From assembly GCA_045611635.1 (NCBI GenBank), contig JAZKXL010000075.1, forward strand, positions 1 to 51,883: 51,883 nucleotides of DNA. Direction: 5' to 3'. The position numbers and the translations under genes were made by a program. Source of the stretch: Candidatus Fimenecus sp. GTDB lineage: Bacteria > Bacillota > Clostridia > Oscillospirales > Acutalibacteraceae. Shown in pieces: positions 1 to 8,272 of the stretch (positions are counted from its first letter, which is position 1; the number at the start of each line of letters is the position of its first letter). A model generated the notes under the pieces. That model had not been told where the DNA came from. It made no database searches and saw only the letters and a program-made list of their open reading frames with translations.

Positions 1-2282
1 CACATATTGAGCCAACATTTTTTATAAAACTCTTTCTTGTTTTTATAATCCGCATTGACCTTTTTCTTTGTATCAACATAATCATTGAAATCGAGAAGCA
101 AATAGTAATGGTCAGGTGTGTGCCAAGATGCACCTTTAAGAATTGAATCATAAAGTTCTTTGAAAATCTTTGTTCTTCCGTCTTTCAAAGTACCATCAAC
201 AAGAGCATCAAGTACACGCTTAATTTTCTTGTCATTATCGTAAAGATTTTTTGAAGAATAATAATCTTTTACTTTTTCAATATCTTCAACTCTTGCACCA
301 AAAATGTAGTTATTCTCTTCACCTGCTTCTTCAACAATTTCAATGTTAGCACCGTCGAAGGTTCCAAGAGTAACTGCACCATTGAGCATAAGTTTCATAT
401 TACCTGTGCCACTTGCTTCTGTACCTGCAGTTGAAATTTGTTCACTAACATCAGCAGCAGCTACAAGCTTTTCAGCATAAGAAACATTGTAATTTTTGAC
501 AAAAACAACTTTAATATATTTTGATACTTCTTTATCTTTTTCGATAAGTTTTGCAATCTCATTGATAAGCTTAATTATACCTTTTGCACGAGCATATCCA
601 GGAGCTGATTTTGCACCAAAAATGAATGTTGTTGGTGTGAAATCTTTTAATGTACCTTCTTTGATTTCAAAGTACAACTCAAGAATTGCAAGAGCATTAA
701 GTAGCTGACGCTTATACTCGTGAAGACGTTTAATTTGAATGTCAAAAATTGAATTTTCATCAACATCTATACCATCATGAATCTTGATATATTCAACCAA
801 CTGTTTTTTCTTTGTTTCTTTTATAGAAATAAATCTATTCAAAACATTTTCATCATCAGCATACTTTTCAAGGCCTTTTAATTTATCAAGATTAGTAACC
901 CATTCATCATTGCCTAAAAGTTCCGTAATTAGTGAAGAAAATTCACGATTACACAGTAATAACCATCTTCTTTGAGTAATGCCATTTGTCTTATTTTGGA
1001 ACTTTTCAGGATAAAGCTCAAACCAATCTTTTAAAACATCAGTTTTAAGAATATCAGTATGAATTCTTGCAACACCATTCAAATATTTTGAACAAAAAAT
1101 TGCAAGATATGACATGTGCACACGCTTGTCTTGAATAATTTGCATTTTATCGGCTTTTTCTTTATCTATTTTTGCCTTTTTAAGCTCTTTTTTGAGCATC
1201 TTATCAAGCTTTTTAATAATATCTAAAACTTGTGGAATTGTATCTTTAATAATCTTTACATCCCATTTTTCAAGTGCTTCTTGCATAATGGTATGGTTTG
1301 TATAGTTAAATACTTTTTTTGTAATTTCAACTGCAAGGTCAAAATCAATATTTTCGTTTTCAGTTAAAAGTCTTATAAGCTCAGGAATTGATATTACTGG
1401 ATGAGTATCATTAAGTTGAATTGTAATAAAATCTACAAATTTAGTAAAATCATTTCCGTGAATATTCTTATATTTTCTAATGATATCTTGTAAAGATGCA
1501 CTTGAGAAGAAATACTGTTGTTTAAGGCGTAATTTTTTACCTTCATAAGTGTCGTCATTTGGATAAAGAACGCGTGAAATATCTTCTGCTCGATTTTTAA
1601 GATTAACTGATTTATCATATTTTTGTTGATTAAATAAATCAAAATCAAATGGCACAAGTGATTCTGCTTGCCATAATCTTAATGTCCCTACATTCTTAGT
1701 ACCATAGCCAATAACTGGCATATCATAAGGTACAGCTTTGACATTCATATCTTTAAATTCTACCACAACTGAATCGTTCTCATTACGGATTGACCAAGGG
1801 TCACCCCATTTTGTCCAATCATCAGCATATTCAACTTGAAAACCATCTTGAATATCTTGCTTGAAAAGGCCATATTTATAACGGATTCCATAACCGTCAA
1901 GTGCTATATTATGAGTTGCAGCACTTTCAAGGAAACAAGCCGCAAGACGACCTAAGCCACCATTACCTAACGCACTGTCTTCAATTTCCTCAAGCAAATT
2001 GAGTGATACTTTGTGTTTATTAAGTTCAGTTTCAATCTCATCATATAATCCCTTTGAAACAATATTGTTGTAGATTGCACGACCAACAAGAAATTCTGCT
2101 GAGAAATAAAATGCAGTTCGTTCTTTTATTCTTTTATTTCTACTATTCATCCAATCATCGGCAATTTCACCTATAACTGCAGTTGAAACTACATCGTGCA
2201 GTTCATTTGGTGTTAATTCACTTAAAGATTTAAGATATTTACTTTTAGCAAGTGATATTGCATCATTTACTATTTTTGACAT
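1..2282 (-). CDS. glgP: Alpha-glucan (glycogen/maltodextrin) phosphorylase, GT35 family; C-terminus runs off the window edge
   Basis: Frame is open on the minus strand from ATG at 2282 to position 1. It is absent from the ORF track because no stop lies in the window. Translation starts MSKIVNDAISLAKSKYL and contains LGNGGLGRLAACFLES. The PLP-lysine motif EASGTGNMK is in frame at nt 393-419. Confidence 0.9.
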   Translation of the reverse strand, partial: MSKIVNDAISLAKSKYLKSLSELTPNELHDVVSTAVIGEIADDWMNSRNKRIKERTAFYFSAEFLVGRAIYNNIVSKGLYDEIETELNKHKVSLNLLEEIEDSALGNGGLGRLAACFLESAATHNIALDGYGIRYKYGLFKQDIQDGFQVEYADDWTKWGDPWSIRNENDSVVVEFKDMNVKAVPYDMPVIGYGTKNVGTLRLWQAESLVPFDFDLFNQQKYDKSVNLKNRAEDISRVLYPNDDTYEGKKLRLKQQYFFSSASLQDIIRKYKNIHGNDFTKFVDFITIQLNDTHPVISIPELIRLLTENENIDFDLAVEITKKVFNYTNHTIMQEALEKWDVKIIKDTIPQVLDIIKKLDKMLKKELKKAKIDKEKADKMQIIQDKRVHMSYLAIFCSKYLNGVARIHTDILKTDVLKDWFELYPEKFQNKTNGITQRRWLLLCNREFSSLITELLGNDEWVTNLDKLKGLEKYADDENVLNRFISIKETKKKQLVEYIKIHDGIDVDENSIFDIQIKRLHEYKRQLLNALAILELYFEIKEGTLKDFTPTTFIFGAKSAPGYARAKGIIKLINEIAKLIEKDKEVSKYIKVVFVKNYNVSYAEKLVAAADVSEQISTAGTEASGTGNMKLMLNGAVTLGTFDGANIEIVEEAGEENNYIFGARVEDIEKVKDYYSSKNLYDNDKKIKRVLDALVDGTLKDGRTKIFKELYDSILKGASWHTPDHYYLLLDFNDYVDTKKKVNADYKNKKEFYKKCWLNM

Positions 2283-3780
2283 TTGTTTTTCCTCTTTTCA
2301 CATTTGGCACACGCTTGTAAAGTGCAGTATAATACTTAATTTTCTCTGCCAATTCATCACTTAAATAACCAGGTTTTGCACGCCACTGCCAATTATCCTT
2401 AACAGTTGATGGATAATTCATCCGTGCTTCATTACCAAGACCTAATAAGTCTTGCATTGTGACGATTGCAGTATCGGAATTACTTGACCATACAGCTTTC
2501 ATCATGCCCCAATTATAGCCCTCTTTACGAGTTAAACGAAGATATTCTTTTGCACGCTTACGAGTTTTTATTGATGCAGTTTTAGTCATATATCCCATAA
2601 TTGTATCGTTATCGTGAGTACCAACATAAGCAACCGAATTCTTTGTAAATTTGTGAAGTAGATAGTCGTTTTCTTCATCAGTATCAAAAGCAAACTGAAG
2701 CACTTTCATGCCTGGATATTTGCTTTGTTTTAACATTTTTTTAACAGCAGGAGTTAAAAAGCCCAAATCCTCAGCAATAATATTCATTTTACCAAGGTCC
2801 TTTTCAATTTCACGGAAAAATTCAATTCCCGGTCCTTTTCTCCACTCACCCACTTTTGCAGTTTTGGAATCTGAAGGTATACAGTAATATGACTCAAATC
2901 CTCTAAAATGGTCAATGCGAATAACATCACACAACGAATATTGATGTTTAATTCGCTCTTTCCACCAAAAGTATTGGTCATTTTTCATATATTCCCAATC
3001 ATAAAGCGGGTTTCCCCAAAGTTGACCATCATCTGAAAAAGCATCGGGTGGACAACCTGCAACCTCAGTTGGATTGCAGTCTTCATCAAGCAAAAAATTC
3101 TTTGGATTTGCCCATACGTCAGCACTATCGCCTGCAACATAAATGGGAATATCACCAATAATCAAAATACCGTTATCATTTGCATATTTCTTAAGCTTTA
3201 TCCATTGAGTAAAAAATAAATATTGAATAAATTTTTGAAATTTAATTTCATCTTTTAATTCAGCTTTTGCTTTATCGATTGCTGTTAATTTGCGAACTTT
3301 CAAATCAGTCGGCCACTCATTCCATGGCTTACCATCAAAAGTGTTTTTAAGTGCCATATACAAAGCAAAATCATCAAGCCAAAAAGCATTCATATTGCTA
3401 AACTCAACATAATCAGTTTTAGTTAAATCAAAATTATTGTATGCTTTTTTCAATACATTAAAACGATATTTATAAAGTTTTTGAAAATCTACTTTTTCAT
3501 CATCTTCGCACCAATTAATTCTTGAAAAATCACTTTTTTTGAGTAACCCTTCATCACAAAGTAAATCAAAATCAATAAAATATGGGTTACCCGCAAATGT
3601 TGAAAATGACTGATAAGGAGAATCGCCATAACTTGTTGGGCAAAGCGGTAATACCTGCCAATACGTTTGACCACTTTGTTTTAAAAAATCTACAAATTTA
3701 TATGCTTCAATACCAAGTGTACCAATACCCGTACTACCAGGTAAAGAGGAAATATGCATTAAAACTCCACTTGCTCTCAT
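2263..3780 (-). CDS. malQ: 4-alpha-glucanotransferase (amylomaltase, GH77)
   Basis: 505 aa. N-terminus MRASGVLMHISSLPG, plus IRIDHFRGF, IIAEDLG and YVGTHDN motifs typical of MalQ. The stop overlaps the glgP start by 20 nt. Confidence 0.92.
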   Translation of the reverse strand: MRASGVLMHISSLPGSTGIGTLGIEAYKFVDFLKQSGQTYWQVLPLCPTSYGDSPYQSFSTFAGNPYFIDFDLLCDEGLLKKSDFSRINWCEDDEKVDFQKLYKYRFNVLKKAYNNFDLTKTDYVEFSNMNAFWLDDFALYMALKNTFDGKPWNEWPTDLKVRKLTAIDKAKAELKDEIKFQKFIQYLFFTQWIKLKKYANDNGILIIGDIPIYVAGDSADVWANPKNFLLDEDCNPTEVAGCPPDAFSDDGQLWGNPLYDWEYMKNDQYFWWKERIKHQYSLCDVIRIDHFRGFESYYCIPSDSKTAKVGEWRKGPGIEFFREIEKDLGKMNIIAEDLGFLTPAVKKMLKQSKYPGMKVLQFAFDTDEENDYLLHKFTKNSVAYVGTHDNDTIMGYMTKTASIKTRKRAKEYLRLTRKEGYNWGMMKAVWSSNSDTAIVTMQDLLGLGNEARMNYPSTVKDNWQWRAKPGYLSDELAEKIKYYTALYKRVPNVKRGKTNVKNSK

Positions 3781-3838
3781 AAGAATCGTCCTTAAATAAA
3801 TAATATAAATAAAATAATATTATTTTTTAACATAAAAG

Positions 3839-4933
3839 TCAATCACAGATTAAATTTTCACTGACTTTGTCAAATATATGAACTCTTTCAGCATCAAATA
3901 CAACATTGCATAATGTGTCACTTTTAACATTATTATTTGTTGGAATGTTTGCAATAATAGACTGATTTTTAATTTTTCCGTATAAATAATAGTCAGAGCC
4001 CGTCATCTCTGCAATTTCAACATGGAACTGAAATGAACTTCCATCATCATTTTTAGCAAGACTTATATTTTCTGGCCTTATACCTAAAACCACTTCTTTG
4101 TTAATATATAAAGACAGTTTCTCATTCATACGAGAGGGCAATTTTATAGCACAGTTTTCAAACAAACCATAAAAATCATTAATCTTTCTAACAATTTTAC
4201 AATTTATAAAGTTCATTTGAGGTGAGCCAATAAACCCTGCCACAAAAATATTTTGAGGGTGATTATAAAGCATTTGCGGCGTATCATGTTGCATAATTTT
4301 GCCATCTTTCATTACTACAATTCTATCACCCATTGTCATCGCTTCTGTTTGGTCATGAGTAACATAAACAAAAGTTGTTTGCAATTCTTTATGAAGCATT
4401 GAAATTCTACTTCTCATTTCAGTGCGAAGTTTTGCATCAAGATTTGAAAGTGGCTCATCTAATAAAAATACTGACGGCTCACGTACCATTGCTCTACCCA
4501 ATGCTACGCGTTGCCTTTGTCCACCTGACAACGCACGCGGTTTACGGTTTAGATACTGTTCAATATCAAGAACTTTAGCGGCTTCATGCACTTTTTTATC
4601 AATTATTTTCTTAGGCACTTTTCTATTTTTAAGTCCGAAAGCCATATTTTTATAAACATTCATATGCGGATATAAAGCATAACTTTGAAACACCATCGCA
4701 ATATCGCGATTTTTAGGTGATACGTTGTTAACTAGTTTTTCGCCGATATACATTTCACCATCAGTTATTTCTTCAAGTCCAGCAATCATACGAAGTGTAG
4801 TTGACTTACCGCAACCTGACGGACCTACAAGAATTACAAACTCCTTGTCTTTAATCTCAAGATTAAGGTTTTCTATAACTGTAACCCCATCTTCATACGT
4901 TTTTTTAATATTTTTTAATAAAATTGATGCCAT
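3839..4933 (-). CDS. Sugar ABC transporter ATP-binding protein (MsmX/MalK/UgpC family)
   Basis: 364 aa. Walker A GPSGCGKST, signature LSGGQRQRVALGRA, Walker B FLLDEPLSNLD, and a C-terminal MalK-like regulatory domain. AGGTGA ribosome-binding site upstream. Confidence 0.92.
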   Translation of the reverse strand: MASILLKNIKKTYEDGVTVIENLNLEIKDKEFVILVGPSGCGKSTTLRMIAGLEEITDGEMYIGEKLVNNVSPKNRDIAMVFQSYALYPHMNVYKNMAFGLKNRKVPKKIIDKKVHEAAKVLDIEQYLNRKPRALSGGQRQRVALGRAMVREPSVFLLDEPLSNLDAKLRTEMRSRISMLHKELQTTFVYVTHDQTEAMTMGDRIVVMKDGKIMQHDTPQMLYNHPQNIFVAGFIGSPQMNFINCKIVRKINDFYGLFENCAIKLPSRMNEKLSLYINKEVVLGIRPENISLAKNDDGSSFQFHVEIAEMTGSDYYLYGKIKNQSIIANIPTNNNVKSDTLCNVVFDAERVHIFDKVSENLICD

Positions 4934-4941
4934 AAAATCAC

Positions 4942-5781
4942 CTAACCTTTGACTGCGCCATCAATTACGCCTTTAATAATATATTTTTGACACACAAGAT
5001 AAAAAGCAATAATTGGAATAATTGCAAGCACAAGCATTGCCATAAATCCACCCCAATCTATCGAACCATATGCACCCTGCATTGTAAGTTGAATAGCAAC
5101 TGAAAGAGTTTTATTTCTTGAGCCGAGTAATAAATATGGTAAAAGGAAATCATTCCAAATCCACATAGCATTCAAAATTGCAACAGTTATTGCAGTTGGT
5201 TTTAAGATTGGAAATACAACCATAAAAAATGTTTTTAATGGACTACAACCATCAATCATTGATGCTTCTTCAATCTCTTTAGGTAATCCCTTAACAAATC
5301 CACTAAACATAAACACAGATAGTCCCGAACCAAAGCCAAGATAAACAGGAATAATGCCGAAAATATTGTTAAGACCAAGATTAAAACAAATTGAGGTCAT
5401 TGTAAACATAACCATTTGAAATGGAACAATCATACTAAAAAGAAATAAATAATAAATACCTTTATTAAGTTTAGACTTAACTCTTGTTATATACCAAGCT
5501 GTCATAGAAGTAAAAATAACAATTGCAAGTACAGAGCCAACTGTTATAAATAAGGTTCTAAAAAAAGCTTCTAAAATTCCCGAACTACGTATTCCATTTA
5601 TATAATTTTCAAATCCAACAAAAGTATCTTCATTAGGGAATTCAAATGGTGTACTAACAATATTGAATTTTGATTTAAATGAATTTATTACTACAAGATA
5701 AATTGGAAATAGAAATAATAGCGATAGAAGCAAAAGCGCCACAAAAGAAAACAAATTGAATAGTTTTGATTTTTGTTTCAT
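4942..5781 (-). CDS. Carbohydrate ABC transporter permease (MalG/AraQ-like)
   Basis: 279 aa polytopic membrane protein with EAA loop EEASMIDGCSPLKTFFMVVFPILKP. Tightly packed within the sugar ABC operon. Confidence 0.88.
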   Translation of the reverse strand: MKQKSKLFNLFSFVALLLLSLLFLFPIYLVVINSFKSKFNIVSTPFEFPNEDTFVGFENYINGIRSSGILEAFFRTLFITVGSVLAIVIFTSMTAWYITRVKSKLNKGIYYLFLFSMIVPFQMVMFTMTSICFNLGLNNIFGIIPVYLGFGSGLSVFMFSGFVKGLPKEIEEASMIDGCSPLKTFFMVVFPILKPTAITVAILNAMWIWNDFLLPYLLLGSRNKTLSVAIQLTMQGAYGSIDWGGFMAMLVLAIIPIIAFYLVCQKYIIKGVIDGAVKG

Positions 5782-6614
5782 TAATTTTCTACCTCTTTTC
5801 TTCCTGTAATTTTAAGTTGAGCAAACGCTATCAGTGCAACAATTACAAAAAAAACTACCGCTTTCGCTTGTCCAACACCTTGCCAACCGATTCGCCCATA
5901 GAATGTATTAAAAATATCTAATGCTAGCATGGAAGTTTCTCTAGCAGGTGCTCCACCTGTAAGTGCTAAATTTTGATCAAACAACTTGAATGAATTAGTA
6001 ATAGTAAGGAACAAACAAATTGTAACCGCAGGCATAACCATTGGAATGGTAATGTTTCTTAAAATCGAAAATGGTGTTGCTCCATCAATTTGTGCCGCCT
6101 CATTTAATTCAGATGGAATATTTTGTAAACTTGCAATATAGATAACCATCATATAGCCAATTAATTGCCAATTTATAAGAAATACTAGTCCCCAAAAGCC
6201 ATAATCAGCACTATATGTTATATCGTAACCAAATACACCTAGAATTGAGTTTATAAGCAAATTCCATATATAGCCAAGAACAATGCCACCAATAAGATTA
6301 GGCATAAAAAATATAGTTCTAAAAAATGAAGTGCCTTTTAATGCTCGAGTTAAAAGTAACGCAAGAATAAAGGCAAATAGGTTAATTGTAATTACTGATG
6401 CAATGGTAAATTTAACTGTAAACCACAGTGCATTTAAAAAGTTTTCATCTTGTGTAAATGCCTTAATGTAATTATCGATTCCAACCCATGTTGCATTTTC
6501 AACTGTAGTAAATTTTGTAAAAGATAGGTAAATTCCCATAACGAAAGGTATAAGAAATACAACTACAAACGAAATTAATGTAGGCAACAAAAAGATTGGA
6601 AAATATTTTTTCAT
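5781..6614 (-). CDS. Carbohydrate ABC transporter permease (MalF/AraP-like)
   Basis: EAA loop NEAAQIDGATPFSILRNITIPMVMP and multiple TM helices. The ORF-track start at 6659 would read through the 6648-6672 hairpin. I prefer ATG 6614 (MKKYFPIFLL); ATG 6626 is also possible. Confidence 0.85.
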   Translation of the reverse strand: MKKYFPIFLLPTLISFVVVFLIPFVMGIYLSFTKFTTVENATWVGIDNYIKAFTQDENFLNALWFTVKFTIASVITINLFAFILALLLTRALKGTSFFRTIFFMPNLIGGIVLGYIWNLLINSILGVFGYDITYSADYGFWGLVFLINWQLIGYMMVIYIASLQNIPSELNEAAQIDGATPFSILRNITIPMVMPAVTICLFLTITNSFKLFDQNLALTGGAPARETSMLALDIFNTFYGRIGWQGVGQAKAVVFFVIVALIAFAQLKITGRKEVEN

Positions 6615-6647
6615 ATTTCTTTCCATAAAAACCGCCCTTGACACATA

Positions 6648-6672
6648 ATCGCCCCACAATTAGCGGGGCGAT
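6648..6672 (-). terminator. Intercistronic GC-rich stem-loop between the binding-protein and permease genes (partial terminator or mRNA stabiliser)
   Basis: ATCGCCCC (6648-6655) pairs with GGGGCGAT (6665-6672), with a 9-nt loop. On the transcribed (minus) strand it is followed by UAUGUGUC, which is not a U-tract. Confidence 0.4.
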
Positions 6673-6681
6673 TTTTATAAT

Positions 6682-8034
6682 TTACTGACTTTCGTTTTTC
6701 CAGGATTTAATAAAATCAGACTTAACTTTCTCCCATTTTTTTGTGCCTTGAGCATATTGCAACAAAGAGGCACCAAAATCTTCTTTAAATGTCTGACTTG
6801 GAAATACTGTAAAGTTCCATGGAATTGTTGTAACATCAGCATTATTCATCCATTTAATAACTTCTTGTGCTAACGGGTCTTTAGGAAGTTCATCCTCTTT
6901 AAAAGTATCAAATGGAGCAATAAATTCAAGTTTTTCATTTACAAACTTTTTACCAGTTTCACTTGAAAATAGCCAATACATAAAATCTGCAGCAGCCTTT
7001 TGTTCTGCTTCAGTTGCTTGTGAGTTAATTGCAAAGAAATTTTCAGTACCTATACACAATTCTTGTTTTTCCCCGCCATCAACACCAATATATATTGGAA
7101 GATATTTGATATTTTCAGCTTTAACGGTATTTTTATCAATACCGTTAATTTGTGACCAAGCCCAGTTACCATTTTGCACCATAGCACATTGACCAAGAGC
7201 AAATTCAGTCATTGATTCATCAACAATTTTTGAGCCAAGAACTTTTTTATCAGTAGTAGAATTATTTAAATATAGGTCGAAAATATTCTTAAAATTTTCA
7301 GAATATTTAAACTTAATAGTTTTTACTGCATTACTTGACAAATCCACTTTATCATCATTTAATTCATAATATACTGGTATATTTGCTAGATGTGTTTGCC
7401 AACGCCAATCCTCACCTGTTTTTAATGAAGTTGCTGCAAATACACCTTTAATACCAAGCTTGTCCGCATTTTTTTGCATATCTTCAACAACTTTTTTCAA
7501 CGATTCAAAATTCTTGATTTCATCCATTGAATTTATATCAGTTGCTCTATCGTTTAATGCAAAATATTTATCAGTAATTGCTTTGTTATAAATAATTCCA
7601 TAACCTTCAACTACATATGGAATACCATATACTTTTCCGCCTGCGGTCACAGCAAGTGATTTATCAGTCAAGTGTTTATAAAGTTCAGTGTTAGATAAAT
7701 CTGCACAGTAATCTTTCCAGTTTGCATACCCTTTAGGTCCGTTGATTTGAAATAACGTTGGTGATTCATTAGTGCCCATTTTTGCAGCCAATGTTTGTTC
7801 ATAGTTGCCGCTAGCAGCTGTTTCTACTATTAAAGTATTCCCAGTTTCATCCTTATAAGCTTTTGCAATTTCTTCATACACATTTGCAACTTCAGGTTTA
7901 AAGTTTAAAAAGCGTACTGCTGCTTTTTCATTATTACCTTGTGGCGTTGGATTTAGACCCCCTTTGTTAGTGCAAGACGTAAACACTGTCGTCAATAAAA
8001 GTACCACCATTAAAATTGATAAAACTTTTTTCAT
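6682..8034 (-). CDS. Extracellular sugar-binding lipoprotein of the ABC transporter (family 1 solute-binding protein)
   Basis: 450 aa. Signal peptide with lipobox VFTSC. AGGAGG ribosome-binding site. First gene of the operon that continues through two permeases, the ATPase, malQ and glgP. Confidence 0.88.
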   Translation of the reverse strand: MKKVLSILMVVLLLTTVFTSCTNKGGLNPTPQGNNEKAAVRFLNFKPEVANVYEEIAKAYKDETGNTLIVETAASGNYEQTLAAKMGTNESPTLFQINGPKGYANWKDYCADLSNTELYKHLTDKSLAVTAGGKVYGIPYVVEGYGIIYNKAITDKYFALNDRATDINSMDEIKNFESLKKVVEDMQKNADKLGIKGVFAATSLKTGEDWRWQTHLANIPVYYELNDDKVDLSSNAVKTIKFKYSENFKNIFDLYLNNSTTDKKVLGSKIVDESMTEFALGQCAMVQNGNWAWSQINGIDKNTVKAENIKYLPIYIGVDGGEKQELCIGTENFFAINSQATEAEQKAAADFMYWLFSSETGKKFVNEKLEFIAPFDTFKEDELPKDPLAQEVIKWMNNADVTTIPWNFTVFPSQTFKEDFGASLLQYAQGTKKWEKVKSDFIKSWKNESQ

Positions 8035-8130
8035 TTTTAACCTCCTAAACTGAAATTCTTGCGAACTTCTTTTTATCTATTTTTACCAAATATTTAATAA
8101 AAAATTCCACGAAATAAACTGCAAAATATA

Positions 8131-8158
8131 TTGTTTTTTTGTAGTTTTGGAGTATAAT
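8131..8158 (+). promoter_or_regulatory. Candidate sigma-A promoter for the ABC-F leader
   Basis: TTGTTT (8131-8136), 16-nt spacer, TATAAT (8153-8158). Confidence 0.4.
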
Positions 8159-8232
8159 TAAATGTATCTTGTTCATAAGTGTTAATTTTATGAAAATATT
8201 AAAAAAGAATTTTAAAAATATTATAAAAATTA

Positions 8233-8257
8233 GGGACTGAAAATCAGTCCCTTTTTT
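8233..8257 (+). terminator. Intrinsic-terminator-like hairpin in the 5' leader of the ABC-F gene
   Basis: GGGACTGA (8233-8240) pairs with TCAGTCCC (8244-8251) and is followed by TTTTTT (8252-8257). There is no upstream plus-strand gene for it to terminate. It ends 15 nt before the likely ABC-F start. Confidence 0.55.
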
Positions 8258-8272
8258 ATGAAGGTGCAAATT

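Noticed and set aside
8035-8130. Catabolite-responsive element (cre) or LacI-type operator upstream of the maltodextrin ABC operon.
   Set aside because: No sequence approximates TGWAANCGNTNWCA or a clear palindrome. No regulator gene is present in the window to anchor a prediction.
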